64,000 bases of DNA from an uncultured Candidatus Saccharibacteria bacterium (GCA_964566505.1 CAZMIM010000001.1:199690-263689), one strand, 5' to 3'; numbered from the stretch's first letter, positions 47,504 to 55,901 are shown. Notes: generated by a model not told the origin, from the letters alone. Numbers and translations: made by a program.

Positions 47504-48883
47504 ATGGAACTAGCGAATATTACTCAATCAGCGTCTCAGCAAGCTGTCCAAATTGAGAAAGTAAAATATGTACTTTATGCTCGTAAATCGACCGAGCAAG
47601 ATGAGAAACAAGCACTCTCAATTGAGTCTCAAGTTAAAGAAATGCTTGCAATAGCTGAGCGAGAGAATCTAGAGATTGTTGATATTAGACGTGAGTCCCA
47701 CTCAGCAAAAAACTCGGGACAACGACCAGTCTTTAAAGAAATTCTTGAGGATATACGAAGAGAACGGTTCAACGGAATTCTCGTTTGGCATCCAGATAGA
47801 CTCAGCAGAAACGCTGGAGACTTAGGATCAGTTGTTGACCTTATGGACGAGAAATTACTTGTCCAAATAAGAACATACAGCCAAATATTCACCAACAACC
47901 CAAATGAGAAATTCCTCCTTATGATTCTTTGTTCTCAAGCGAAACTTGAGAACGACAACAAAAGCATCAACGTAAAGCGTGGTTTGAGGACAAGAGTTGA
48001 AATGGGACTTTGGCCAGCCCCTGCTCCAACTGGATATTTGAAAGAAAAACGAATGGATCGTAAATGCGAAACCATCATTGATCCAGAACGAGCGCCGGTT
48101 ATTAAACAAATGTTTGAGAAAGTCGCCTATGAAAAGTGGTCGGGGCGCAAACTCTATAACTGGCTCAAATTTGATCTCAATTTCAAAACTGTTGGAGGAA
48201 ACAAGAATCTCACGCTAGGAAATATCTATGTCATCCTCCAAAATCACTTTTACTACGGCACATTTGAATATCCAAAGAAGAGCGGTAATTGGTATCAAGG
48301 AAAACACAAACCAATCATCACTAAAGAGCTTTTTGATCAGGCACAGATGCAGCTTAAAGGAAACGAGCTAAAGACTCGAAAAGAAAAAGAGTTTGCGTTC
48401 ACAAGGCTAATGATCTGCGGACTCTGTGGATCTGGAATTACCGCTGATGAAAAATACAAAAAATTGAAAGACGGCACTGTAAACACTCACATATACTATG
48501 GCTGCACTAAAGTACGAGATAGAAACTGTAAGTGTGGCTACATTAACGAAGCTGATTTGATAGCTCAGTTTGAGAAGCTAATTGATGAGATTAATTTGGA
48601 TGAAATTGGTATTAAAGAAAAGATTAAACAGGAAGTGGTTCGTTTCAAGAAATTTCAGCAAATGCTAGTAGGTAATATCCAGAAAATTGAAGTGGTAGAT
48701 ATAGATATACGAAATTATACGATATATCTTCTTAGAGAAGGTTCGATAGCAGAAAAACGAGAGCTGTTGGGTAATTTAAAAAGCAAAATTTTCCTTGCGA
48801 ATAAAGAAATTAGGCTTTCTCAAGATCTAACCTCTTTAGAGTCATTGCATTCACAACGACAATCACCGTTGAGAGGCTCATGA
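47504..48883 (+). CDS. large serine recombinase (resolvase/invertase catalytic domain, recombinase domain and zinc-ribbon)
   Basis: Catalytic YARKSTEQDE...SIESQ; C-terminal CGLCGS...YYGCTK...CKCG zinc ribbon; coiled-coil tail. Confidence 0.85.
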   Translation: MELANITQSASQQAVQIEKVKYVLYARKSTEQDEKQALSIESQVKEMLAIAERENLEIVDIRRESHSAKNSGQRPVFKEILEDIRRERFNGILVWHPDRLSRNAGDLGSVVDLMDEKLLVQIRTYSQIFTNNPNEKFLLMILCSQAKLENDNKSINVKRGLRTRVEMGLWPAPAPTGYLKEKRMDRKCETIIDPERAPVIKQMFEKVAYEKWSGRKLYNWLKFDLNFKTVGGNKNLTLGNIYVILQNHFYYGTFEYPKKSGNWYQGKHKPIITKELFDQAQMQLKGNELKTRKEKEFAFTRLMICGLCGSGITADEKYKKLKDGTVNTHIYYGCTKVRDRNCKCGYINEADLIAQFEKLIDEINLDEIGIKEKIKQEVVRFKKFQQMLVGNIQKIEVVDIDIRNYTIYLLREGSIAEKRELLGNLKSKIFLANKEIRLSQDLTSLESLHSQRQSPLRGS

Positions 48884-50795
48884 CAAGCGCACCTATTTCA
48901 GGGCGCAAAAAGAAACCCCACACAGCAAATACTCCGGCTGCTGCGGGAATGGCAACGATATTGTACCCAAGTGCCCAGACGAGGTTCTGAATCATCTTTG
49001 CGTATACCTTCTTTGAGAGCGTTATGAGGCGCACGATATCTTGAGGGTCATTGTCGGTAAGCACCACATCGCCAGATTCAACCGCGACATCGGTGCCTGC
49101 GCCAATGGCGACTCCTGCGTCGGCTTGTGTGAGTGCAGGAGCATCGTTCACTCCATCACCGACCATAAGCACTACACTGCCATCCTCCTGAAGCTTCTTG
49201 ATGTGAGTGTATTTATCTTCCGGCAAGACATTTGCAAAATAGGTATCAATGCCAAGTTCTTCTGATACCGACTGTGCGACCTGTTCGTTGTCGCCGGTAA
49301 GCATAGCGACTTTCACACCCATGCCGTGTAGCTTTTGGACCGCCTCCTTTGAAGATTCTTTTATCGCATCGGAGAGAACCAGATATCCGAGCACCGCTTC
49401 CTTACTTGCTACAAAGACGAGCGTGCCATTTAGATTAGTGGGAGCGTCAAGATGTAAGTTTAAACTTCGAACCAGACGTTCGTTTCCTGCAAAGTATTCC
49501 GTGCCCTCAATTTCTGCTTTCACACCCTGTCCTGCAACATTTTGAAAATTATCAATATCGGAAATAGATACCTTTTGCTCTCGTGCATATTTGAGTATTG
49601 ACTGTCCGATGATATGTGAAGAATGCTGTTCGAGAGACGCTGCGATGGAGAGAATGTTGTTTGTATCTTGCTCTGCCAGAGGAATAACATCGGTCACGCC
49701 GAATTCTCCCTTAGTGAGCGTTCCTGTCTTATCAAACACTACATAGTCAGCTTTTCGTATTGTCTCTATCTTCGAAAGGTCTTTGATGAAAAATCCGTTC
49801 TTCACGGCAAGTGACGTGGTGATGGTTGTCACTGTAGGAATCGCAAGACCAAGCGCATGCGGACATGCAATAACGAGCACCGTAATAGCGAGCGTCACAG
49901 CGAACACAAACGGCTGACCGATCACTAGTGTCCACACGAGAAGCGTACCGAGTGCCGTGATGCCAGCAACAAAGGTGAGTACGGCAGATGCTTTATCCGC
50001 AATTCTCTGTGAACGTGGCTTTGTTTGACCGGCTTGTGCTATGAGCTTTTGTATTTGCCCGACTGTTGAATGCTCTCCAACACGGGAGAGCTTGATGGTA
50101 AGCGATCCATCAAGACAAATTGATCCCGCGACCACTTGAGCATCCACTTCTTTCTTCACCGGCTTTGACTCACCGCTTATAAGCGACTCATCTACATTTG
50201 CGAATCCTTTGGTAATAACACCATCCGCTGGAATCTTTTCACCCGGCTTCACTATGACAATATCGCCCTCCTGAAGCTCGGCGATATCGACATCAACTTC
50301 CGTGCCATTCTCAAGCTTATGCGCTTTCTTCGGCAAGAGCTTTGCGACTTCGGAGAGCGCATCTCCTGCAGCAGAGCTTGATTTGGCCTCGAGGTAATGT
50401 CCGAAAAGAAGTACCCACACGAGGGTGGAGATTTCAAGATAAAACTCAGCATGAAGTGAGGTAATAAACGTTGAGGCAACGGAAAAAAGATACCCGCTAC
50501 CCACCGCAAGCGACACGAGTGTCATCATGCCGTATTTGCGAGATTTTATTTCATGCCACGCGTGCTGGAAGAATACGAGCGCAAACCCAAAGATAATTGT
50601 TGCAATCCCAAACTGTATCCACTTGTTAAGTCCGAAGGAGATGCCAAGTATCTCTGATACTTTCGGATGTACGAGTACGAGTGGAATGAGGAGAAATGTG
50701 ACAATCCAGAATCGTCTTAAGTACTGCGCGGCAGATCCGTGACTCATTCCATGTGCTCCATGACTTGCGTGATTGTGATGGTGCTCATGTGCCAT
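48810..50795 (-). CDS. copA: copper-translocating P1B-type ATPase (no N-terminal HMA domain; His-rich N-terminus)
   Basis: CPH motif (IACPHALGLAIP), DKTGTLT, GDGVNDAPAL; N-terminal MAHEHHHNHASHGAHGMSH. GC is noticeably higher than the surrounding genes. Confidence 0.88.
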   Translation of the reverse strand: MAHEHHHNHASHGAHGMSHGSAAQYLRRFWIVTFLLIPLVLVHPKVSEILGISFGLNKWIQFGIATIIFGFALVFFQHAWHEIKSRKYGMMTLVSLAVGSGYLFSVASTFITSLHAEFYLEISTLVWVLLFGHYLEAKSSSAAGDALSEVAKLLPKKAHKLENGTEVDVDIAELQEGDIVIVKPGEKIPADGVITKGFANVDESLISGESKPVKKEVDAQVVAGSICLDGSLTIKLSRVGEHSTVGQIQKLIAQAGQTKPRSQRIADKASAVLTFVAGITALGTLLVWTLVIGQPFVFAVTLAITVLVIACPHALGLAIPTVTTITTSLAVKNGFFIKDLSKIETIRKADYVVFDKTGTLTKGEFGVTDVIPLAEQDTNNILSIAASLEQHSSHIIGQSILKYAREQKVSISDIDNFQNVAGQGVKAEIEGTEYFAGNERLVRSLNLHLDAPTNLNGTLVFVASKEAVLGYLVLSDAIKESSKEAVQKLHGMGVKVAMLTGDNEQVAQSVSEELGIDTYFANVLPEDKYTHIKKLQEDGSVVLMVGDGVNDAPALTQADAGVAIGAGTDVAVESGDVVLTDNDPQDIVRLITLSKKVYAKMIQNLVWALGYNIVAIPAAAGVFAVWGFFLRPEIGALVMSLSTVIVVVNAMTLKRLDLEKA

Positions 50796-50797
50796 AG

Positions 50798-51295
50798 TTA
50801 GATCGTCATAAATACTTCACCCTTTGCGCCATCGTGGGTGATCTCATAGATAACAAAATCAGACGTTTTTGGTCCGGGCATTCCTGGAGAGCCAGAGGGC
50901 ATACCTGCCATGCCGATACCTTTGATGTCGGGACGTTCAGCAAGTAATTTCTGAACCGCTTCCTCCGGTACGTGCCCCTCAACAACATAGCCGTCAATTT
51001 CCATTGTGTGACAACTCTCAAGCTCGTATGGCACATCGAATTGCTCTTTGATCGACTGCATGTCTGCTATGCCCTCAATATCAACACCGTATCCTTTCTT
51101 CTCTAAGTACGCTGCGTATTGTCCGCAACATCCGCAACTTGGTGATTTATAAATTGTCGCCAGGAGCCCGTTCGCAGGAGCTTCAGAGATTGTGTCTCCT
51201 TTTGGGAGTGTTTGCATCGCCATGACACCGATAACACCGATGACTGCAACAACGAGTATGCCGATAATAAGGTTGCTCTTCATACTAGTTTTCAT
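50798..51295 (-). CDS. DUF411 domain metal-binding protein (copper-resistance associated)
   Basis: SPSCGCCGQY and ESCHTMEIDGYVVEGHVP motifs of DUF411; signal/TM N-terminus. Confidence 0.65.
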   Translation of the reverse strand: MKTSMKSNLIIGILVVAVIGVIGVMAMQTLPKGDTISEAPANGLLATIYKSPSCGCCGQYAAYLEKKGYGVDIEGIADMQSIKEQFDVPYELESCHTMEIDGYVVEGHVPEEAVQKLLAERPDIKGIGMAGMPSGSPGMPGPKTSDFVIYEITHDGAKGEVFMTI

Positions 51296-51758
51296 TGAAC
51301 CATGTTTGTAGCCAACCTTTCATTTGCTCAACTTCAGCTGACTGACTTGCAATGATGTTGTTTGCAAGTTCAATAAGCTCTGGGCGATCTGTCTGCTCTA
51401 GTAGGTTCTCTGACATTCTGATCGCACCAAGATGATGTACAATCATGCCGCGAAGCCATGCCTCCTCGTATGCATCACCAGTTTGTCCGCGACCAATAAG
51501 CATCATTTCATCCATCATGTGCATCAATTCGCCATCACCGTTCACGATTTCATCTTCGTAAGAACCTCCCATGTGTTCTTCCATTTCCTCGTACATGGAT
51601 TCATTTGAGAAGAAACCGCGATGCGGCATATTGTTGGCACCAAAGAAGTAGCCGAGAAGCAGGCCGACGATAAGGGCGAGAAGACCAATAATGATTGTTT
51701 GATTTTTGTTTTCCATACTATTTTTTCTTAGCTTTATTAAATATACTGATAATCTCAC
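51285..51758 (-). CDS. DUF305 domain protein (copper-resistance associated)
   Basis: GMIVHHLGAIRMSE matches the DUF305 HH..M core; N-terminal TM. Confidence 0.65.
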   Translation of the reverse strand: MRLSVYLIKLRKNSMENKNQTIIIGLLALIVGLLLGYFFGANNMPHRGFFSNESMYEEMEEHMGGSYEDEIVNGDGELMHMMDEMMLIGRGQTGDAYEEAWLRGMIVHHLGAIRMSENLLEQTDRPELIELANNIIASQSAEVEQMKGWLQTWFNEN

Positions 51759-51996
51759 TGATCGCTTTTTTCTCCTGCCCCTGTTTCATCTGATGAATGA
51801 CGTGCTCGGAGAGGTGATTCTCAAGCATCAGATCCTCAACGGCCGAGAGTGCGCTGCGTACTGCGGATGACTGCGTAATAATATCTACGCAGTACTGCTC
51901 CTCATCGACCATCTTTTGGAGTCCGCGTACCTGACCCTCAACGCGCCGGAGACGATTTTGCACCTGTTTTTTGGTAGCTGCTTTCATATGCAACAT
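51718..51996 (-). CDS. csoR: CsoR/RcnR-family metal-sensing transcriptional repressor
   Basis: LRRVEGQVRGLQKMVDEEQYCVDIITQSSAVRSAL with conserved Cys/His metal ligands; the start is probably the second ATG (51987). Confidence 0.85.
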   Translation of the reverse strand: MLHMKAATKKQVQNRLRRVEGQVRGLQKMVDEEQYCVDIITQSSAVRSALSAVEDLMLENHLSEHVIHQMKQGQEKKAISEIISIFNKAKKK

Positions 51997-51998
51997 AT

Positions 51999-52015
51999 TA
52001 TACCCCTAGGGGGTA
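51999..52015. promoter_or_regulatory. CsoR-type operator ATACCCCTAGGGGGTAT overlapping a TATAAT -10 box immediately upstream of csoR
   Basis: GC-rich interrupted palindrome of the ATACCCnnnGGGGTAT type used by CsoR family repressors; minus-strand reading GTATACCCCCTAGGGGTATAAT-ATG. Confidence 0.6.
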
Positions 52016-52183
52016 TACGTGTACAGGTGGTATCCACAACAAGAAAGTCACCCGTTCGGGGGTGACTTTCTTGTTTGATTACTGCACTCAGCAGGTATGC
52101 AATTTATCGGAATAGATAATCAATCGGCTTTTTGACGATTCTCGTGCGCTCGTGGAGCGTAGAGATCTCGTGCTAGCTCGATT

Positions 52184-52257
52184 TGGCTGCCGGACAGGGA
52201 CTCGAACCCCGATTTCTTGGACCAAAACCAAGCGTCCTGCCATTAGACGATCCGGCA
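52184..52257 (-). tRNA. tRNA-Gln (anticodon UUG), U1-A72 pair, G73, CCA encoded
   Basis: UGCCGGA/UCCGGCA acceptor, anticodon stem CUUGG/CCAAG with loop UUUUGGU, T-arm CGGGGUUCGAGUCCCUG. Confidence 0.85.
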
Positions 52258-52316
52258 ATGTATTTAATTTTTATATATCTGCCAAATTTCAAGGTCCAAC
52301 TTGGACCGCAATACAA

Positions 52317-52349
52317 AATCTTGCAAGCATCCTACCATTAGACGATCCG
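52317..52349 (-). repeat. 30-bp direct duplicate (1 mismatch) of the tRNA-Gln 5' end plus 4-nt upstream flank; head of a degenerate pseudo-tRNA (about 52262-52349)
   Basis: cct[g/a]ccattagacgatccggcaatgtatt occurs at 52232-52264 and 52317-52349; the downstream part has lost the anticodon and T-arm pairing. Confidence 0.6.
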
Positions 52350-52419
52350 GCAATGTATTACCTAAAAACTGGCAATATACAAAACAGATTACCGTAGTAA
52401 TCTGCTTTGTGCAACGAAT

Positions 52420-53349
52420 TTATACCTTGAGATGCTTTCTGATTGCAAGGAAACTTGATAGTGCTCCTAGTAGTATTCCTGCCACAAGTAGTATCAAGAA
52501 CATTTGTCCAAAGTGATCAACATAATAGTCGAACACATTTGTAGCTCCGAAGAAGCTTTCTGTAAACGGCCCTAGCCAAATAGTTACTGGGTAGAAAATT
52601 ATTAGCGCAAATACCGCAGACACTACCCCATACATCATTCCCTCAAGAATAAATGGCCACCGTATATATGAGTTGCTAGCACCCACAAGCTTCATCACCG
52701 CAATCTCCTCACGCGCAGTGTATATAGCAAGCCTAATAGTGTTGAATACAATAGCAATCGAGATGATCACAAACATCACTAGTATCGCAAATGAAAGTGT
52801 GTCGATAGAGTTTATAAGTCGTGAGAGTTTGTCGATTGCCTCTTTGTTTTGGAAATAGTTTACCTTCTCAATAATCTGCGTGTTGCCTGCCCCGAGCGCG
52901 TTGTCTGACTCTAGGAAATTGGCGATACTCTCATACTGAGATGTTTCTTGTGCACGAATATTTAGGTGTGCACCAAGCGGGTTCTCATCAAGCTCATCAA
53001 GTGCTTGGATAATAAGCTGATCATTCTCGTGTCGGCGTGTGAATTCTTCTAACGCCTGCTCTCGTGATATATATTCTACAGATGAAGTCTCTGGAAGTTG
53101 TTCCAAGTCACCTTTAAGCGCCAATATTTCTGGCTCTGTTGCATCAAGTGTGAAATACACATTCACATCCACCTTTGATTGAAGCTGTCCGAGAGAAGAC
53201 TCGAGCATTGCGTCAAGGAAAATAAGAGACCCGAGCACAAAAAGTGTTACAGTCGTTACCAAAATACTTGCAGCAGTAATAAATGCGTTACGCCAAAAGC
53301 TTACAAACCCCGCTTTTATTACTCGTTTTGTTGAAGTCCAAAGATCCAT
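52420..53349 (-). CDS. ftsX: cell-division ABC transporter permease FtsX
   Basis: N-terminal TM, large periplasmic domain, 3 C-terminal TMs; downstream of ftsE. Confidence 0.82.
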   Translation of the reverse strand: MDLWTSTKRVIKAGFVSFWRNAFITAASILVTTVTLFVLGSLIFLDAMLESSLGQLQSKVDVNVYFTLDATEPEILALKGDLEQLPETSSVEYISREQALEEFTRRHENDQLIIQALDELDENPLGAHLNIRAQETSQYESIANFLESDNALGAGNTQIIEKVNYFQNKEAIDKLSRLINSIDTLSFAILVMFVIISIAIVFNTIRLAIYTAREEIAVMKLVGASNSYIRWPFILEGMMYGVVSAVFALIIFYPVTIWLGPFTESFFGATNVFDYYVDHFGQMFLILLVAGILLGALSSFLAIRKHLKV

Positions 53350-53351
53350 AA

Positions 53352-54077
53352 TTATATTTTATATTTACCGTGTTCGTCGTCGCTCACTATTTTACCATTC
53401 TCCATAGTAATAACTCGCTTTTTAAGTGAATCGATTACACCTTTGTTGTGAGTGGTGAGAATAACCGTTGTGCCAAGATCATTAATTTTTTTGAGAATCT
53501 GCACAATATCGTGAGTGTTAATAGGGTCAAGGTTTCCTGTAGGCTCATCTGCAATCACCAAATCAGGTTGGTTCACAATCGCTCGCGCGATAGCAAGCCG
53601 TTGCTTTTCTCCACCTGAGAGCTCTCCAGGGAAATTCCAAATCTTGTCTCCTAGGTCTACAAGGTCAAGTACATGAGGTACATCAGACTCAATATCTTCA
53701 TCGCTTCGCCCCGCCGCTTCCATAGCAAAAGCAATATTTTCAAACGCTGTCTTGTGAGGAAGAAGTCTAAAGTCCTGAAACACCATACCAATTCGGCGCC
53801 TATACAAGTTGAGCTCTTTTTTATCTAGGTCGTGTACTCTTATTCTATCGAAAAACACATCTCCTGAAGTTGGTCGCTCCTCTGCAAGAATCATTTTCAA
53901 AAGCGTACTCTTTCCTGCTCCTGAGTGCCCCACAATAGAAACAAACTCTTTTGGATATACATCCAAAGACACGCCATCGAGCGCATTTACTCCTCCTATG
54001 TATTCCTTCTTTACTTTATTGAAATGTAAAAGTGGCTCTTTTTTCTTCGAGTCACCCTCGTCTGTGTGGTGTGTCAT
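53352..54077 (-). CDS. ftsE: cell-division ABC transporter ATP-binding protein FtsE
   Basis: Walker [10 protein letters not shown], signature [14 protein letters not shown], Walker [12 protein letters not shown]. Confidence 0.9.
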   Translation of the reverse strand: MTHHTDEGDSKKKEPLLHFNKVKKEYIGGVNALDGVSLDVYPKEFVSIVGHSGAGKSTLLKMILAEERPTSGDVFFDRIRVHDLDKKELNLYRRRIGMVFQDFRLLPHKTAFENIAFAMEAAGRSDEDIESDVPHVLDLVDLGDKIWNFPGELSGGEKQRLAIARAIVNQPDLVIADEPTGNLDPINTHDIVQILKKINDLGTTVILTTHNKGVIDSLKKRVITMENGKIVSDDEHGKYKI

Positions 54078-54089
54078 GTGTGATTATTA

Positions 54090-54965
54090 TTACAATTCGC
54101 GTTCTGCTTCTATAAACGCTTCTATATCCCCATCTAGAACCGAGTCTACCGAGCGCACCTCTACATCAGTACGATGGTCTTTGACCATCTGATACGGATG
54201 AAAGACATACGAACGAATCTGTGACCCCCATTCATTTGCAGTATTTGCAGATACTGAGAGCCCTTTCTCTACCTTCTTTCTATCTTCTTCTCTCTTATGA
54301 TACAACTTACCCGAAAGTATTGAAAGTGCCTTTACACGATTTGCTTCCTGTGTTCTCTCGCTATCCGACTGAGCAGAAATTCCTGTTGGCGTATGCACAA
54401 TACGCACTGCTGTTTCGCGCTTGTTTACATTTTGCCCACCTGGACCACTAGATTTTGAAAATTCTATTTCTAGCTCGCTCTCATCGATTTCCACACTCTT
54501 CACATCTGGCAAACTTGGTACTACCTCCACCATTGCAAATGATGTATGCCTCTTTTTGTTTGAATCAAATGGAGAAATACGCACAAGCCGGTGTACACCC
54601 GACTCATTTTTAAGTGTTCCATATGAGCGTGAGCCAATCACTTCAAATGTAATATTTCTATATCCACCATGGTCTGTAGAATGCTCGTGAACCGTCATTT
54701 GTGTCCAACCTTTTGAAGAAATATATCCTGAATACATGTTGTACAAAATACGCACAAAATCTTCTGAATCTTGTCCGCCTGCGCCAGCAAAAATTGTTAT
54801 TACAGCATCTCCTTTGTCATATTTTCCAAGTCCTTCTTTTTCGTCTTTGAGCTCTTGGTACCTATTTATTACCTCCTGCGCAAAGCGTTTATCTTCCCAA
54901 AAATCAGGTGCAGACATTTGCCCCTCTATCTCCTGTATTTCTTTTTCGATTTGCTCTTTATCCAT
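54090..54965 (-). CDS. prfB: peptide chain release factor 2 (contiguous frame, no programmed +1 frameshift)
   Basis: SPF tripeptide (RISPFDSNKKRHTS) and GGQ (SGPGGQNVNK). The start is probably MDKEQ at 54965; the ORF extends to 55004 through a tandem-repeat leader. Confidence 0.85.
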   Translation of the reverse strand: MDKEQIEKEIQEIEGQMSAPDFWEDKRFAQEVINRYQELKDEKEGLGKYDKGDAVITIFAGAGGQDSEDFVRILYNMYSGYISSKGWTQMTVHEHSTDHGGYRNITFEVIGSRSYGTLKNESGVHRLVRISPFDSNKKRHTSFAMVEVVPSLPDVKSVEIDESELEIEFSKSSGPGGQNVNKRETAVRIVHTPTGISAQSDSERTQEANRVKALSILSGKLYHKREEDRKKVEKGLSVSANTANEWGSQIRSYVFHPYQMVKDHRTDVEVRSVDSVLDGDIEAFIEAEREL

Positions 54966-54968
54966 ATT

Positions 54969-55002
54969 GTTACGTAGCGTGTTACGTAGCATGCTACGTA
55001 AC
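54969..55002 (-). repeat. three tandem 12-nt repeats each containing the TACGTA palindrome, immediately upstream of (or translated into) the prfB N-terminus
   Basis: gttacgtagcgt / gttacgtagcat / gctacgtaacaa with 12-nt periodicity, 3 nt from the prfB ATG. Confidence 0.5.
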
Positions 55003-55021
55003 AAAACATCTGAGCCAATGG

Positions 55022-55095
55022 GCGGAATTGAACCGCCGGCCTCGCCCTTACCATGGGCGCGCTCTGACCGACTGAGCTACATTGGCTAGTGAACA
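55022..55095 (-). tRNA. tRNA-Thr (anticodon GGU)
   Basis: GCCAAUG/CAUUGGC acceptor, D-arm GCUCAGUCGGUCAGAGC, anticodon stem CGCCC/GGGCG with loop AUGGUAA, T-arm GGCGGUUCAAUUCCGCC. Confidence 0.85.
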
Positions 55096-55175
55096 AATCC
55101 TATTATACATTGATTGGGTTTTCAATATTATGCTACAATCCTTCAGGGTAAAATTGTTCATAAACCAAAAAATAA

Positions 55176-55385
55176 ATGAACCGTTCAGACATTCGGCCAA
55201 ACCAAGTACTTCTGTTTTTGGATGAAAATGGAGAACCCACAGGAGAGCGCGGACAAGCAATTCCTAAAGACTCAAGATATGAACTTGAAAAAGCATATTC
55301 TGAGTTTGTGGTAAATGTGCTTCTTCTTCCTGAGAAGACCACCCGCGACACATGGCCTGTAAATAGAGTCAAGGGGGCCATTTAA
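55176..55385 (+). CDS. hypothetical small protein
   Basis: 69-aa ORF between tRNAs; no domain recognised. Confidence 0.25.
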   Translation: MNRSDIRPNQVLLFLDENGEPTGERGQAIPKDSRYELEKAYSEFVVNVLLLPEKTTRDTWPVNRVKGAI

Positions 55386-55475
55386 TAGCCCTGACTATCC
55401 CAAACCCCAGCACAATCGTGCTGGGGTTTCCAATACAAAATACCGCACCTTACGGCACGGTATTTTGTATGATTG

Positions 55476-55546
55476 TTGCGGGGCCGGGAATTGCACCCGG
55501 GTCTGGAGGTTATGAGCCTCCCGAGATACTACTTCTCCACCCCGCT
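55476..55546 (-). tRNA. tRNA-Met (anticodon CAU), initiator-like (1:72 mismatch, short variable loop)
   Basis: AGCGGGG acceptor with A1 opposite A72 (mismatch as in bacterial initiators), D-stem GAGA/UCUC, anticodon stem GGAGG/CCUCC with loop CUCAUAA, T-stem CCGGG/CCCGG with unusual T-loop UGCAAUU. Confidence 0.7.
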
Positions 55547-55827
55547 ATAATTAGCTTAGAAGAATAAGCGTGTAGAGAGCATAATACTATATTTTTTATA
55601 TTCTGACAAACAAAAAACTCGCCTCCCCCAGCCCGACACACCCACTGGGAGTCGATAGGGAGACGAGTTTTGGCCATAGAGACACCTGTATCCAATTGCG
55701 TACTCGCGATTGCTCATGTCGCGAACAAAAGGAACGTCACCACGGTCAAAGCCATTGTATATACACTAATATATTCGTCAATCTTTTATTGAAAAAAAGG
55801 CTTAAATATACTATGCTATCGAGTATT

Positions 55828-55901
55828 GTCGGGGTAGCTCAGTTGGTTAGAGCGTAGGACTCATAAACCTAAGGTCGGCGGTTCAATTCCGCCCCCCGGC
55901 A
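55828..55901 (+). tRNA. tRNA with CAU anticodon (elongator Met or lysidine-modified Ile2)
   Basis: GUCGGGG/CCCCGGC acceptor, D-arm GCUCAGUUGGUUAGAGC, anticodon loop CUCAUAA, T-arm GGCGGUUCAAUUCCGCC. Confidence 0.8.

Larger units (their letters stand above)
40076..52349. mobile_element. putative composite genomic island adjacent to the 3' side of tRNA-Gln: defence-like cargo, ParB-MTase, TerS-like, serine recombinase, copper-resistance cassette
   Basis: Clustering of a recombinase, an orphan MTase and accessory cargo next to a tRNA with a partial duplicate; the GC shift is strongest over the cop cassette. Boundaries are approximate. Confidence 0.4.

Noticed and set aside
52262-52349. Second complete tRNA-Gln immediately upstream of the first
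   Set aside because: Only the acceptor-5'/D-arm segment is conserved. The would-be anticodon stem (CTTGC AAG) has no loop and the T-arm/acceptor-3' do not pair, so it is a pseudo-tRNA or att remnant, not a functional gene.
47504-52349. Classic tyrosine-integrase tRNA island with a 3' tRNA direct repeat at the distal end
   Set aside because: The recombinase is a serine, not tyrosine, enzyme. The duplicated segment is the tRNA 5' end, not the 3' end. No distal copy of the tRNA 3' end was found within the window. It is therefore treated as a scar or composite island of uncertain mechanism.
54090-55004. Programmed +1 frameshift in prfB
   Set aside because: The GGQ and SPF domains and the N-terminal domain are all in one frame. 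No CUU UGA shifty site or upstream out-of-frame N-terminal ORF was seen.
55510-55695. 61-aa ORF between the tRNA-Met genes
   Set aside because: It reads straight through a strong GC hairpin plus U-tract terminator. More likely a non-coding transcript end than a protein.
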